Assembly (NCBI GenBank): GCA_038087875.1
Contig: CM075990.1
Span: 10,788,001-10,852,000, forward strand
From: Malacoraja senta
Lineage: Eukaryota
Direction of reading: 5' to 3'
DNA: 64,000 nt
The notes below the pieces were generated by a model that ran no database searches, was not told where the DNA came from, and was given only the letters and a program-made list of their open reading frames with translations. The position numbers and the translations under genes were made by a program. Below are positions 30,601-42,600 of this stretch, one piece after another. The first letter of the stretch is position 1. Every line of letters starts with the position of its first letter.

Positions 30601-33600
30601 GAATCTCATGTGATCACATCACAACACATGGGCTGGACCAGATACGCCTCACCTGTGGATATCATCTGAATAATTGCAAACCCAAATACTTGAAACCACA
30701 CAATACCTCAAACTGGTTACATCTCCACCTACACAAATGTGCTCGCTCTTACAGGTGAGAGATTTTATATTGTTTTCAGAAATATTGTTAACGTGATCCA
30801 ACAAGTTGGAAGATGTGAGAGCAGATCTCCAGCGAGCTGCCACTGTACCAGGGTAACGTAGCCGTAAATCGCAGCCAAGCAATTACCAACAGAGCTCGGC
30901 CAGCAAAGTTACAGCTCGATGGTTCTTTATTATCATGTGTCCCGAGGTATAGTGAAATTCTTTGTTTTTTGCATACAGATCAGTAAAATTATTGCCATGC
31001 ATAAGTACAGCCCCAATTAAGTGTAGAAAGCCTAGAAACAGTCCACCGAGTCCATATGCAGGAGTCGTCAGGTTTTGGCGCCATTTCAAAGTCCCAGTTG
31101 CAGCTGGCCATAAAGGCCTTTTGCAGCTGTTGACATGAACCAAATAGTCACGCAAACTGTTGTCCCTCTCCTTGCCCGGCAAGTTTTGAAACTATGGCAC
31201 ATAATGAAATTATAACCTCAAGTGGGAATTTTTCTGGATGAAATGTCTACTAAATAAACTTCCTTCAGAATCCTTCAGAAGCAATGAATTGTCAAAAACT
31301 GCAACTGTTCAGCATCATTAACTATTTTACATGTTGCGAATTTATAGTGATTTGTCACACCTCTTCATTGATCCTCAAACATTTAAATCATCAAAATGTA
31401 ACCTATTAATTTTTGTACCAACCAAACTGATTCAGCTGTACTTTGTTTCCAGCAAAGGATAGCGAGATGCATTTCACAGCCGTGCATTTATTTACGGCAA
31501 ATATTTTTGTTCAGCAATTGCATTATTATTTACTTAAAGGCTTGCCCTGAAATCCTTAAACACATAACTTGATGGCATGCAGGTGTTCACTAACACATTG
31601 GCATTTACCACCAATAAAAATTCCAAAGGCTATCTTAAGAACACTACTTCAACTGTCCAAGGTGCAAAATAATAGATAATGCCAAGGGCTTACAAAAATA
31701 CAACAGTAAATTACATATTCCCAGCAGGGATAATTAAGTAGAGTAATAGGTGATCTTCCTAACTAGAGCATGAAAAGACAATAAACAAAGAATTGCAATA
31801 TTATTTAGATTGCACGTTACTAATTGTGTCTGTTTTATTATGTGTGCTGTGGCTTTTTTACCTCACTTTCAAGCCTTAAGCCGATTGCTCCCAATTGGGC
31901 CCCACGCCTAAGGGGGCCCCGCGCTAATTTTCCGTATTTCGTACGGAAATACAAATTTGCGTTGTTAAATACAGATTTTTTTTTTAAATTGCCTTGTTAA
32001 ATACGATTTTTTTTTTAAACGACCATGGATAAAAACCGCTGCACCGGCCAGCAGACAAAAACGATTTGTTAACTACCACTGTTAGCACTTGTTAACAGCC
32101 AATAGTTAACAGGTAGTTATATCATGTGTCATCAATGCATCGATCCGCATTCCTCAGTAAATGTCATTGTGTTTTGACCAAGTCTTAATGACGCCGCTAC
32201 CGCGAATTTTATTCAAAGGAACGCGGCGTTATTAATACTTGGTCAAAACACAATTACATTTACTGAGGAATGTAGATCAATGTATTGATGACACATTGAG
32301 AATTTCTTAAAACTCACTGTCATGATTGAGAGCTCCGAAACGTGAGCACGGGCATCTTCTTGGTGTGCAGGTAAAGTCATTCACCTACCGACCCACGTTG
32401 TGTCTCTGTCTTTCGCTCTCTCCCTCCCTCCCTCTCTCCCACACATGTCGTCTCTCTCTCGCTCTCTCACTGCCTCTCTCACCCTGTCCGTGCTCACGTT
32501 TCGGAGCTCTCAATCATGACATGACTTGGCATTCCCGGAATCATTTGACGATTTGCGGTGACAGCTGCATCTGAGGTTCCTTTCTGTTGGGGGTGGGGTG
32601 GGAAGTCCTGGCCCGTGGCGGATCCTGGTCCGTTCCCTCCGCGGATGACGCCTTGCCCGTTGAGTTCCTCCAGCACTCTGTGTTTTTTGTTTGGCTCTGG
32701 AGTTGAAGGTGGACACAGGGGGCTGTGGTGGCTCAGCAGGACAGGGTTGCGTTTTTGGTCGAGACCCTTCTTCAGACAATCACAAGTACTCTCACCGACG
32801 AGAGTTCAGTTCAGTCTGAAGAAGGGTCTTCTCTCCAGCTGCCTGTCCTGCTGAGTTACTCCAGGAGTGTATCTTCAATTTCAGAGTTAAATAACATTTC
32901 TCACGGGGGGGCCGAAGGTTAGGTTGTTAGCCAAGAAAGATCAATCAAGAACGATGTTGCTGTACTGAGGGATAGCCAAGTCTATCCCTCATTGCTAGCA
33001 GCTGATGGGAAGCGGCTGTGAAGTGGAAAGCGGCTGTAAAAGGACTGCGCCGCTGGGGGGGGGGGTGGGGGGGGAAAAGAGTTCCTTTCACAGCATGTGG
33101 GGAGTCTGGCCAGGAGTAAAGTTGCAGGGAGGGCAAGTGCATTGAGAAGGAGGGGGTCGGGGATCATGCTAGCATCCAGCTCAAGAGCGAGTCAGCGGGC
33201 GATGGATAACAGGACAGCGGGCGGTGGAGCTTACTCCATATGTCAGTGCGAGTAACCTCAATTGGTCCCTTGTTCGCGCTGACACAGGAGTAAGCTCCAC
33301 TGCCCGCTGTCCTGTTATCCATCACCCGCTGACCCACTCTGCTCTATGATCTTTGCTCTTGAGCTGGTCCCCTCACTGTTCAGACGGAGAGCACTGCCAG
33401 AGGTGAGTGGGTCGGCAGTAGGCGCTGAGGTCCCGGTGGCCGCTCGTAGCCACGCGAGTTGCTTCCCTCCCAGGCCACAATGCGGTGGCTCCACATCCGG
33501 AGCGCCGCGGCAGCGGTGAGCGAGTGGGTTACTGGCATGATCCCCGACCCCCTCCTTCTCAATGCTCCTGCCCTCCCCACAACTTTACCCCTGGCCAGAC

Positions 33601-36600
33601 TCCCCACATGCTGCGAAAGGAACTCTCCCTCCAATTGGTCCTTTGAACTAGTATTGTCATTCAATAAGATCACAACTGATTCAACTTGTCCCGGTGTGCT
33701 CCCGTTATTCCCACCATCTCTCCGCCTGCCATCACCCTCCAACCCCCACCCATTCAGTTATTCAGAAAGAATGAAATTTGGATGCCTTGGGCAAATTGAA
33801 TTGTTACTTTCTTTATTTTTATTTTTTATTTTTATGGAGAGGAGAACAATCTGCGCATGCGCGGTTTAAGATTTATTTTTTTTAAGCCGACTGACTGCCT
33901 TCCTTTTGTAATTACTCACAGCACGTGCCTGAATATGACTCCTTTATAATTAGATATTTCTATGAAAATTGTTCCCAATTCGGCCCCGCAACACCAAAGG
34001 CCGGCCCTGCTTTCAAGGCATGCAAATGAGAGTCATTCTTTCATTTGCTGCTCACAGGATCGTAAAGGATGTCATTCTAGTTGGGTGGTCTAATATAAAA
34101 ATTAAATCTAGCATCACCTAATCTGATCCAAAACCAAGCCAAGTACTCAAGACAATTTCCCCAATCTAACCCATCATTTTCAGATTGTCTGCCCTCTCCC
34201 TCCAATTCCTTCTTACACACAACGAATGTCAGCCTCTCTCAGACCTTGCGGCATAGCCAGACCCGACCCAAACCTCGAATGTTTTAATTAGGACATATAC
34301 CCAACACAAACCCGGCAACCAGAATCAAGTTCCTGTGGACGCTGATTGGTTAAGCAGACTATCTGCCATTCTAATGTGTAGCACTACCAGTGCTTCCGAG
34401 TAGACTACTTATTGACTTCTTTAAATAGTCAACCATAAAATAATATGGCCATTTCTTTCCATCACTGAAATGAGAATGCTGATATAGGATACTATCCCTC
34501 TCCCCAATAAACTATTTACGTACCGTTATTTAAGCAGAATGCGGCATCGGCTTATTATTTTCTCCAGTGGAGCCAATTCTCTTGAGCCCTTCGAGGAACT
34601 TGAGCCCTTCTCAAGTAATTTATGATCAAACTTGAGTCAATTGCAAACATGGTCAAGTAACACAATCTTTACAAGGACAACGAAATTCAATGACAAAAAC
34701 AGCTGTCACTTTTAACCGTTTGTATATTTGACAGAGCAGCTGATGTACGAGTAGAAAAGACACACGATTATTTCTTTATTGAAAATAATTTTGCAAAACA
34801 TGAGATCATCTAGCAGATTAACCACCCCCCACCTACACGCCTCATCAGTTCCATTAATACATCACAATGTCACAGGAAAAGCATCAACATAATCAAGGAC
34901 CATTTTCACCCCGTCATTCCACCTTCTCCCCTCTCCCAACGGGCAGAAAATACAGAGGCTTATGAATACCGTCAGATTCATAAACAGATTCTTCCCTGTC
35001 ATTACCAGACTTCTGAACGATCCTCCCATGAGCTTGGGGATAGTCCCATCTCCCAACCTATTACAATCTTGCATTTATTTTATCTGCACTTTTTCTGCAA
35101 CTATAATGCTATCACGGTGTAACACTATATTCTGGATTCTGATCGTTTACACTTTGCACTACTTGAACTTGTGCACGGCTTGTTCGTACTCATGTACAGC
35201 ATGATTTGACTGGATGGCTCACAAATTTTTTCACGCTATCACGGTATGTGTGACAATAATAAATTAATATGATACCATTGTGACTGTGGCAGCTCTAAAC
35301 CAACAAACATGTCCCATGTCTCCGGCAGCCTGAAGTCGCAGCCTGAAGTCGCGGTCTGCAGAGCTGGTGCGGCGTCTACAGCCCGGGATCCCTCGTGGGG
35401 GACCCGGGGGAAGAAGAAGAAGCCATCACTGCCGGCCCGCGGCCAACTTCTACCGCGGGGCCGGCATGGACTTACCAACACCCCTGCAGGGGAGCTTCGA
35501 CCGCCGGCCCTGCAGTCTACGGTGCTTCTGGCTGCGGCGGAGACTTTAAATCTCGACAGCCGGCCTGCGGCCTACAACAACTTAAAGCCGCGATCTCCGG
35601 TGAGGAAGAGCCGATCCTGGACTGACTCTGGACTCTGGTCCTGTTCACGGAGGGGAAATGGAGGAGGACTGGCCAAATTTTTGTGCCTTCCACCACAGTG
35701 ATGAATGCTGTGGTGGATGTTTGTGTTACTTTTTGTGTGTTCTTTTTTTATTGTATCGCTGCTGACAACCCAATCCATTGCCGGGTCGCTGCTCATGCGG
35801 TCGACCGGTCGGTGCAGATTAAATGTATTGTTTGTTTAAATTGCCCCTCGGGGACAAATAAAGTGCTTGGTAATTGGTAATTGGTAATTGGTAATCCCCT
35901 GGCTCTATTCCCTCAGAAATACAGTGCCCTGCTCTGCCAGGCCTGTTTTGCAGCCATCTTTAGCTTATGCATGTTTTGGGAGCTAGTCCCCTTCAGTTTT
36001 CTCTTCAGCATATAAAAGGCATGCCAGAAAAGGCATTCAATTGAGTTCAGTTCAGGTGATTGACCTGGCCACTTAAGAATCGACCATTTTTAGGCATTGA
36101 AAAACTCCTTTGTTGCTTTATCAGTATGTTTGGGATCATTGTCTTGCTGTAGAATGAACCGCCAGCCAATGAGTTTTGAGGCATTTGTTTGAACCTGAGC
36201 AAATAGGATGTCTATACACTTCAGAATTCATTATGCTACTACCATCAGCAGTTGTATCATCAATGAAGATAAGTGAGCCAGTACCTTCAGCAGCCATACA
36301 TGGCCAGGTCATAACATCCCCACCACCGTGTTTCACGGATGAGGTGGTATGCTTTGGATCTTGGGCAGTTCCTTCTCTCCTCCATACTTTGCTCTTGCCA
36401 TCTGATATAAGTTAATCTTCATCTCATCTGTCCACAAGACCTTTTTCCAGAACTGTGGTTGCTCTTTTAAGTACTTCTTGGCAAACTGTAACCTGGTCAT
36501 ACTATTTTGCAGCTAACCAGTGGTTTGCATCTTGCAGTGTAGCCTCTGTATTTCTGTTCATGAAGTCTTCCGCAGACAGTGGTCATTGACAAATCCACAC

Positions 36601-39600
36601 CTGACTCCTGGAGAGTGTTTTTCATCTGTCGGACAGGTGTTTGGGGATTTTTCTTTATTATAGAGATAATTTTTCTGTCATCAGCTGTGGAAGTCTTCCT
36701 TGGCCTGCCAGTCCCTTTGCAATTAGTAAGCTCACCAGTGCTCTCTTTCGTCTTGATAATGTTCCAAACAGTTGATTTTGGTAAGCCTAAGATTTGGGTG
36801 ATGTCTCTAACAGTTTTATTCTTATTTCTCAGTCTCATAATGGCTTATTTGACTTTCATTGGCACAACTTTGGTCCTCATGTTGATAAACAGCACAAAAA
36901 ATTTCCAAAGGTGATGGAAAGACTGGAGGAAAGACTAGGTGCTGAGAGATCTCTTATACCTGCATTAAGGAGGCATTTAAACACACCTGAGCAATTACAA
37001 ACACCTGTGAAGCCATATGTCCCAAACACCATGGTGCCCTGAAATGGGGGGGGGGGGGGTGGAGAGAAACTATGTATAAACACAGTTGTAATTTCTACAT
37101 GGTGAAACCAACATGTATAAAAATACCCTTTAATAAAATCTGACAATGTGCACTTTAACCACATGTGATTTTTTCTATTACAAATCTCAAATAGTGGAGC
37201 ACAGAGGCAAATAAATAAATGATGGGTCTTTGTCCGAAACATTATGGAGGGCACTGTAGCCCCAATTTTCTTTTGAAAGATTATTTATTCTGACTGATCA
37301 TGACAGGTAACCCCCAGATAGCCACAATAATTGCATGGTTTTAAGAAAGGAATTGCAAGAAAACTTGAGCAGTGAAACTGCAACATTAATATCTGACAGC
37401 ACACGCAGGGAGCAAGCTTCAGTTGCAAAGTAAGGGACAAACATTGAAATTATAGTTTGACTGAAATTTATCTTCAATAGTTTCCTTATGTTGTAATTAG
37501 TTCCACCTAATATTGATGGTTAGATGTGTGAACATTATTATTTCACAACAGAGTTTCCATTAAGCTTGTCAAAAATACAACATTCATTTGGGTGGCCCTC
37601 AACCACCTGTGGACAATCTACAAAGGAAGTAGTACTCACCATTAGAGTTCTCTTTGCTGTGATTAGTTTCCATTGTCAGCGTACTTCCATCCTTGTCCTG
37701 TTGGAGAGCATTATTGAGAACTCGGGCTTGGCAGTGAGCCTCCGTGCTGTCAATAACTGTTAACAAGGCCTCGAGTGACAACAAGTGAGTGGTGTACAGT
37801 TGTCCAGATACAGGAAAAGCATTCTACAAAGATAGGAAAAAGTGGTTCAGTGTAACTGTGAATACAAATCTGCCAAATAAATCACATTTCCATAAATGCT
37901 TCAATAAGCTTGTTTGTATAACCCATAAAAGTTCACAATTGTAAAATGCACCAAAGTTAAATAACAAACATATTCTGAAGGTGGGGCTGAAGCTGGCTCC
38001 CACAAAGCAGACATGACACGGAGCAATGCAGAAAAAACAATTGCACCAATTCTTATATAACTTCCTATAATTCTATATTATATATTCTATAATTGAATTG
38101 CATAATTAATGTTTTCTTTCAAAATATAACGTAGTTTAACAAACTCATTATTATGTCGGCCTTTTCTTGTGACTAGCATACACTAATGCTTTCCTGATAC
38201 ACATTTTCAAAAGCATGCTTTGTTTACATTTCCTCACTTCTATCATCCAGACAATTATCATAGTACTGATTATGAATTTCTTAATCAATCACTTTCCTCG
38301 ATAAATTAAATTGAGAAATACTACTACAATAAGATGAGAGATGAACATGATCAATAATTCAACAGAGCGAATGTACCAAAATGTACCTTGGAAAGAAGTT
38401 TGGTAAGATCTTCAAAAAGATTACAACAGTAGAAATCACAATCAAAGTTGATGTACAGTTCTGTGGCAAAGCTTGGGATTCGCCAGAGTTGAACTAATGC
38501 CTCCAAAGCCATCTCTTTCATTTCATAAGGCATCTTGGGATTCTCTGAAGTGACCAAATCCATTAGTTTCTTTAAATACATCTAGGGGAAAAGATATCAC
38601 TCCTATAAACTTCAAGAGTAAAAAAATCATGTCACATTACAGTTATCTATATCTAAACTAGAACGTTTTTTTTAGCTTGCTGGAACAGCCACCCAAATAT
38701 GATTTCTGATACCAAACCAACCTACAAGAAAAAGACATCAGTCAAAAGCAAAGTCATTCAAACAAATTAACTTTTGTCACATCAAATGAAAATCTGCCAG
38801 ATTAGTTTAAAGATACAGTATGGAAACAGGCCAAGTCCATGCTGGCCATCGATCACCCATCACACTAATTATATGTTGTCCCACTTTTTCATACATTCCC
38901 TACAGATTAGGAGCAATTTCCACAAGCCAATTAACCTACAAACTTTCACCATTTTGGGATGTGGAAGGAAACCTGAGATTCGGAGGAAACCCATGCAGTC
39001 ACAGGGAGAACGTGCAAATTCCACACAAACAGTATCTGAGCTCAGGATAGATCCCGGGTTTCTGACACTGTAAAGAAGCAGCTCTACCAACTACCCCACT
39101 GTGCCACACAATGGCATAGCTGAAGGACAGAGTGCAATTCTAAATAAAATACAGGACAAGCCCGCATTTAGGTTCTTTGCTGGTACCAAAAAGGCTCAGA
39201 ATTGTTTGGATGCCCACAATTATATTATTAAACCCAATGCAACTGGAAAGTAATTAAGTATTTTGTACCTTAAAAAAGCAACATAAATGTCAACACTGAG
39301 AATATTTTTGGAGATCAAGACAGAAAAATTAGCTAGAAAATTATTTTATAGCCACTCAAACATTCAACATTATATTAATCCTTGTGGTGATAAATTTTAT
39401 GATCCGTGTATTCAGAATTCAAATCTCTTCTGTTTAGCCAGCTGAATATGAATGACACATTTCATCATACTGACTTTTAGTCTGAACAAGGGTCTTGGCC
39501 CAAAACGTCACCCATTCCTTCTCTCCAGAGATGCTGCCTGTCCCGCTGAGTTACTCCAGCATTGCGTCTATCATCATACAACATATTATTTTATGAAGAT

Positions 39601-42600
39601 AAGCCAATTTTAAGCCAATTTGTTCGCCGCGGAGTTTAAAATGAATATTTAAAAAGTAATGCCCAGAAATTTGACACCCAGAACTGAAACACGACAAGAT
39701 CTCTGCATCAAGATTAAAAGAAGTATTAAAATGCCCATTATTGTTGGTTGCCATGAACAGTTTCGTGAAGCAGGTTCAACTACATGGGATTATAGGTTGA
39801 AATACATTAAATTTCACTTACCTCAAGTTGGAACTTAAGATGTTGCCTCATGCTCTCAAATAAAAGGAAGCATAGCCGGAGAGAAGTGGCGTATAAATTA
39901 AGACGTTCTACAATTAACAGCTGAAAAGCAAATGACATGAAACACTTATTCTATAATGCAAAGCCACTAAATGTGCACAGTCACAAAATATTCATGAAAT
40001 TTAAAATTCCTACCTGGAACAGGTGCCGGCAGAGCTCATCTTTAATAAGACCCAGCAATGATGTGTAATTAGCAATTGCTGCTGATTCCAATGCTATGGT
40101 AAGCAACTGCAAACCCATATGAATCATCACGTCAGAGTTGTGGCGATCATGTGGATTGGTGAGGGATATTAGGAAACGGAAGAGCTCTCGGATACATGGC
40201 AAACCATATGGAACCAAAGCAGCACCTGAGAGGGAGACTTGCACATTAGTCCAAGTTACACATAATACCCCATATGAAACATCAGCCTTTCCATCTACCT
40301 CATCTCAACCATTCAGCGCGTCTTTCTGTCCCCAACTCTCACATACTTATTTAGTTTCCTTTCAAAGACATCGAAGCCTCTTGTTATAATGAATGCTACG
40401 GTGTAGATGTTGAAGTTTTTACTATTAATGGCATCACCTTATTTTACATCACTTTAATGAATTCTGTAATGTTGGTTAAATATTTCTAAGCATTTGGTAT
40501 CCATTCTAGCTCTTTTTAACAATGTTGTCTATCTCTATTTACACTCCCATCTTTTCATACTGTGCAGAATTTAACATCTTTCTATCATTGACATTATGAT
40601 GGTCAATCCATATTTCCAGGGTTTAGTTTATCTCAGAGACTCAAAGTCTGAAGACGGATCCTGCCCCGAAACATTGCCGATCCATTCCCTCCACAAATAC
40701 TGCCTGACCTGCTGAGTTACTTCCGTATAATGTGTTTTGCTTTAGATAATAAATGAAGGTGTGAGGCAGGTTTGTTGAGTTGGGGAATGTAAATGTAAAT
40801 CCAGAGGGAGGAAAGTAGCAGGAGAGGGTGGGGTGGTGGATGGAAGAGGGAAATAGGTGGGAGTCTAGGTGGGACAAAGTGGAGGGAAAGATGGGGGGGA
40901 GGGAGGGAGGGGCAAGGGAAATGGGGAAAAGGTTGTTGTGAAGGGTTACCTAAAAGTGGAGAATGCAATATTCATATGTTTGGTTGTAAGCTACACAAAC
41001 GGAATACGAGATGTTGTTCCTCCAGTTTGCATGTGGCCTCATTCGGCACACACCAACTTGACTGAATTATTTACGTTTCCAGTTCAGGCATTATGGTAAA
41101 AAACAAGTTACATTTGTTTCATGATTAAAATGAAAAGGAACCCTTCCATTGCTCTTTGATTAATCTTGTTTCATTCCAAGATATACAAGCACTAACACCA
41201 ACCTTCCTTCTGCGTTGACTGAGTAAACCTAACCCCACGAGGGTTAACATAGTCCATATCATGTACTTCATGGATTGAAGCAGTGTCAGATATTTCTGTA
41301 AGGGAGTCACGATCTTCTAACACTTCTGGAATAGATTCCACCGATGTGAATTGAGCCTTCTCTTCCTTTGGCAAAAATTCATCCAATCTTCCACCCTTCA
41401 AAACAAAATTAGCAAGCTTTAATTCAATTAGCTTACTTAAACCCAAAGATTCACTGTAATAATAATTTAGAACAATGTTCAAACTTCCTACATATAGATT
41501 CATGGAAACATGATCTTCAGCCACATGGACCATCAAACACCCATGTTTTTATTCTCCTCACATGCACATTAACAACTCCAAGATCGTACCACTAACTTGC
41601 ACACTCAGGCAATTTACAGTGGTTAATGACCCTACCAATAAGATGATGGGAAAAGTTATCTGTCACAATCACACAGGGTCTTTAATAGCTTTCTTCTCCT
41701 TCCACTTAACCCGACAGAAGAGATTTAACAAGTTCTGGATTAGGGAGCCGAGGTTTCGAAGGATACTGCAAAGATTCCTTGTTCAAAGAAGTGGGTAATG
41801 TATAATAATAATAATAATAATGGATTTTATTTACGGGCGCCTTATACCGAGGTCTCAAGGACACCATACAGAGATTTATAGAAAACATATAATCAGAATT
41901 TTAAAAAAATAGGTTATAAAGACCAATACATAAATCAGGGACAGAATTCCTTCCAAAAACACAAAAAAAAAGAAAATCAGAAGCACAACTGTTATGACAT
42001 GAAAATATATTGGCTGAACTGATATGCATTTGGCTTTTACACTCTAAGAAAATTCCAATGTTTGCACCATAATAAACTGCTACAAACCGGATTAAAACTG
42101 AAGTACACACCAGAAGGAATCAGAATAATAATTGAACAGGATGTAAAATACAAATTCTTCAACATTTCTTAATGCAATAGCATTTACCTGAGACTCTTGC
42201 TGAGCAAGCGACTCTATCATTTTCTCTTCTGATGGTTCACCGGAAGGGGTGCTTGCTGGAGTGACTTGATCAAGATCAGTGAGGTCTTCTTTTGATGCTG
42301 TCTTTGAAGAAAATTCCACACCACTGTCTGTGGCAGGGCTTAAGAGAATTGATGCATTTTCAGAAATAGTCGTTGAACTTGCACTGCTCACAGGTACCAC
42401 CGAATGTTCCAGGAAGGATGCTTCACCTTTAGACCAATAAATATATCAAACATCGAGATGACAAGATTAGTCTTTATTATCTGTTTGTTCTTTTAACTCC
42501 CAATATGCAATATTTTCTTAAATGTTTAAATTATGGATATGGGCTACTTTTCATTCATATATCTCAAGGTACCATTCTATACAGGTTTTCGATTTCTTAT

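Noticed and set aside
30653-30728. Exon-like segment with a strong CAG|GTGAGG donor (76 nt, or 13 nt from the nearer AG)
   Set aside because: Neither length preserves frame and the pyrimidine tracts are poor; at most a poison exon, unsupported without RNA data
32321-32345. TGATTGAGAGCTCCGAAACGT resembles a hammerhead
   Set aside because: Lacks the CUGANGA box and the NUH cleavage triplet
33380-33869. 120-136 aa ORFs in the GC-rich region (also 35309-35701)
   Set aside because: They arise from GC-rich repeat or foldback sequence with no recognisable domain
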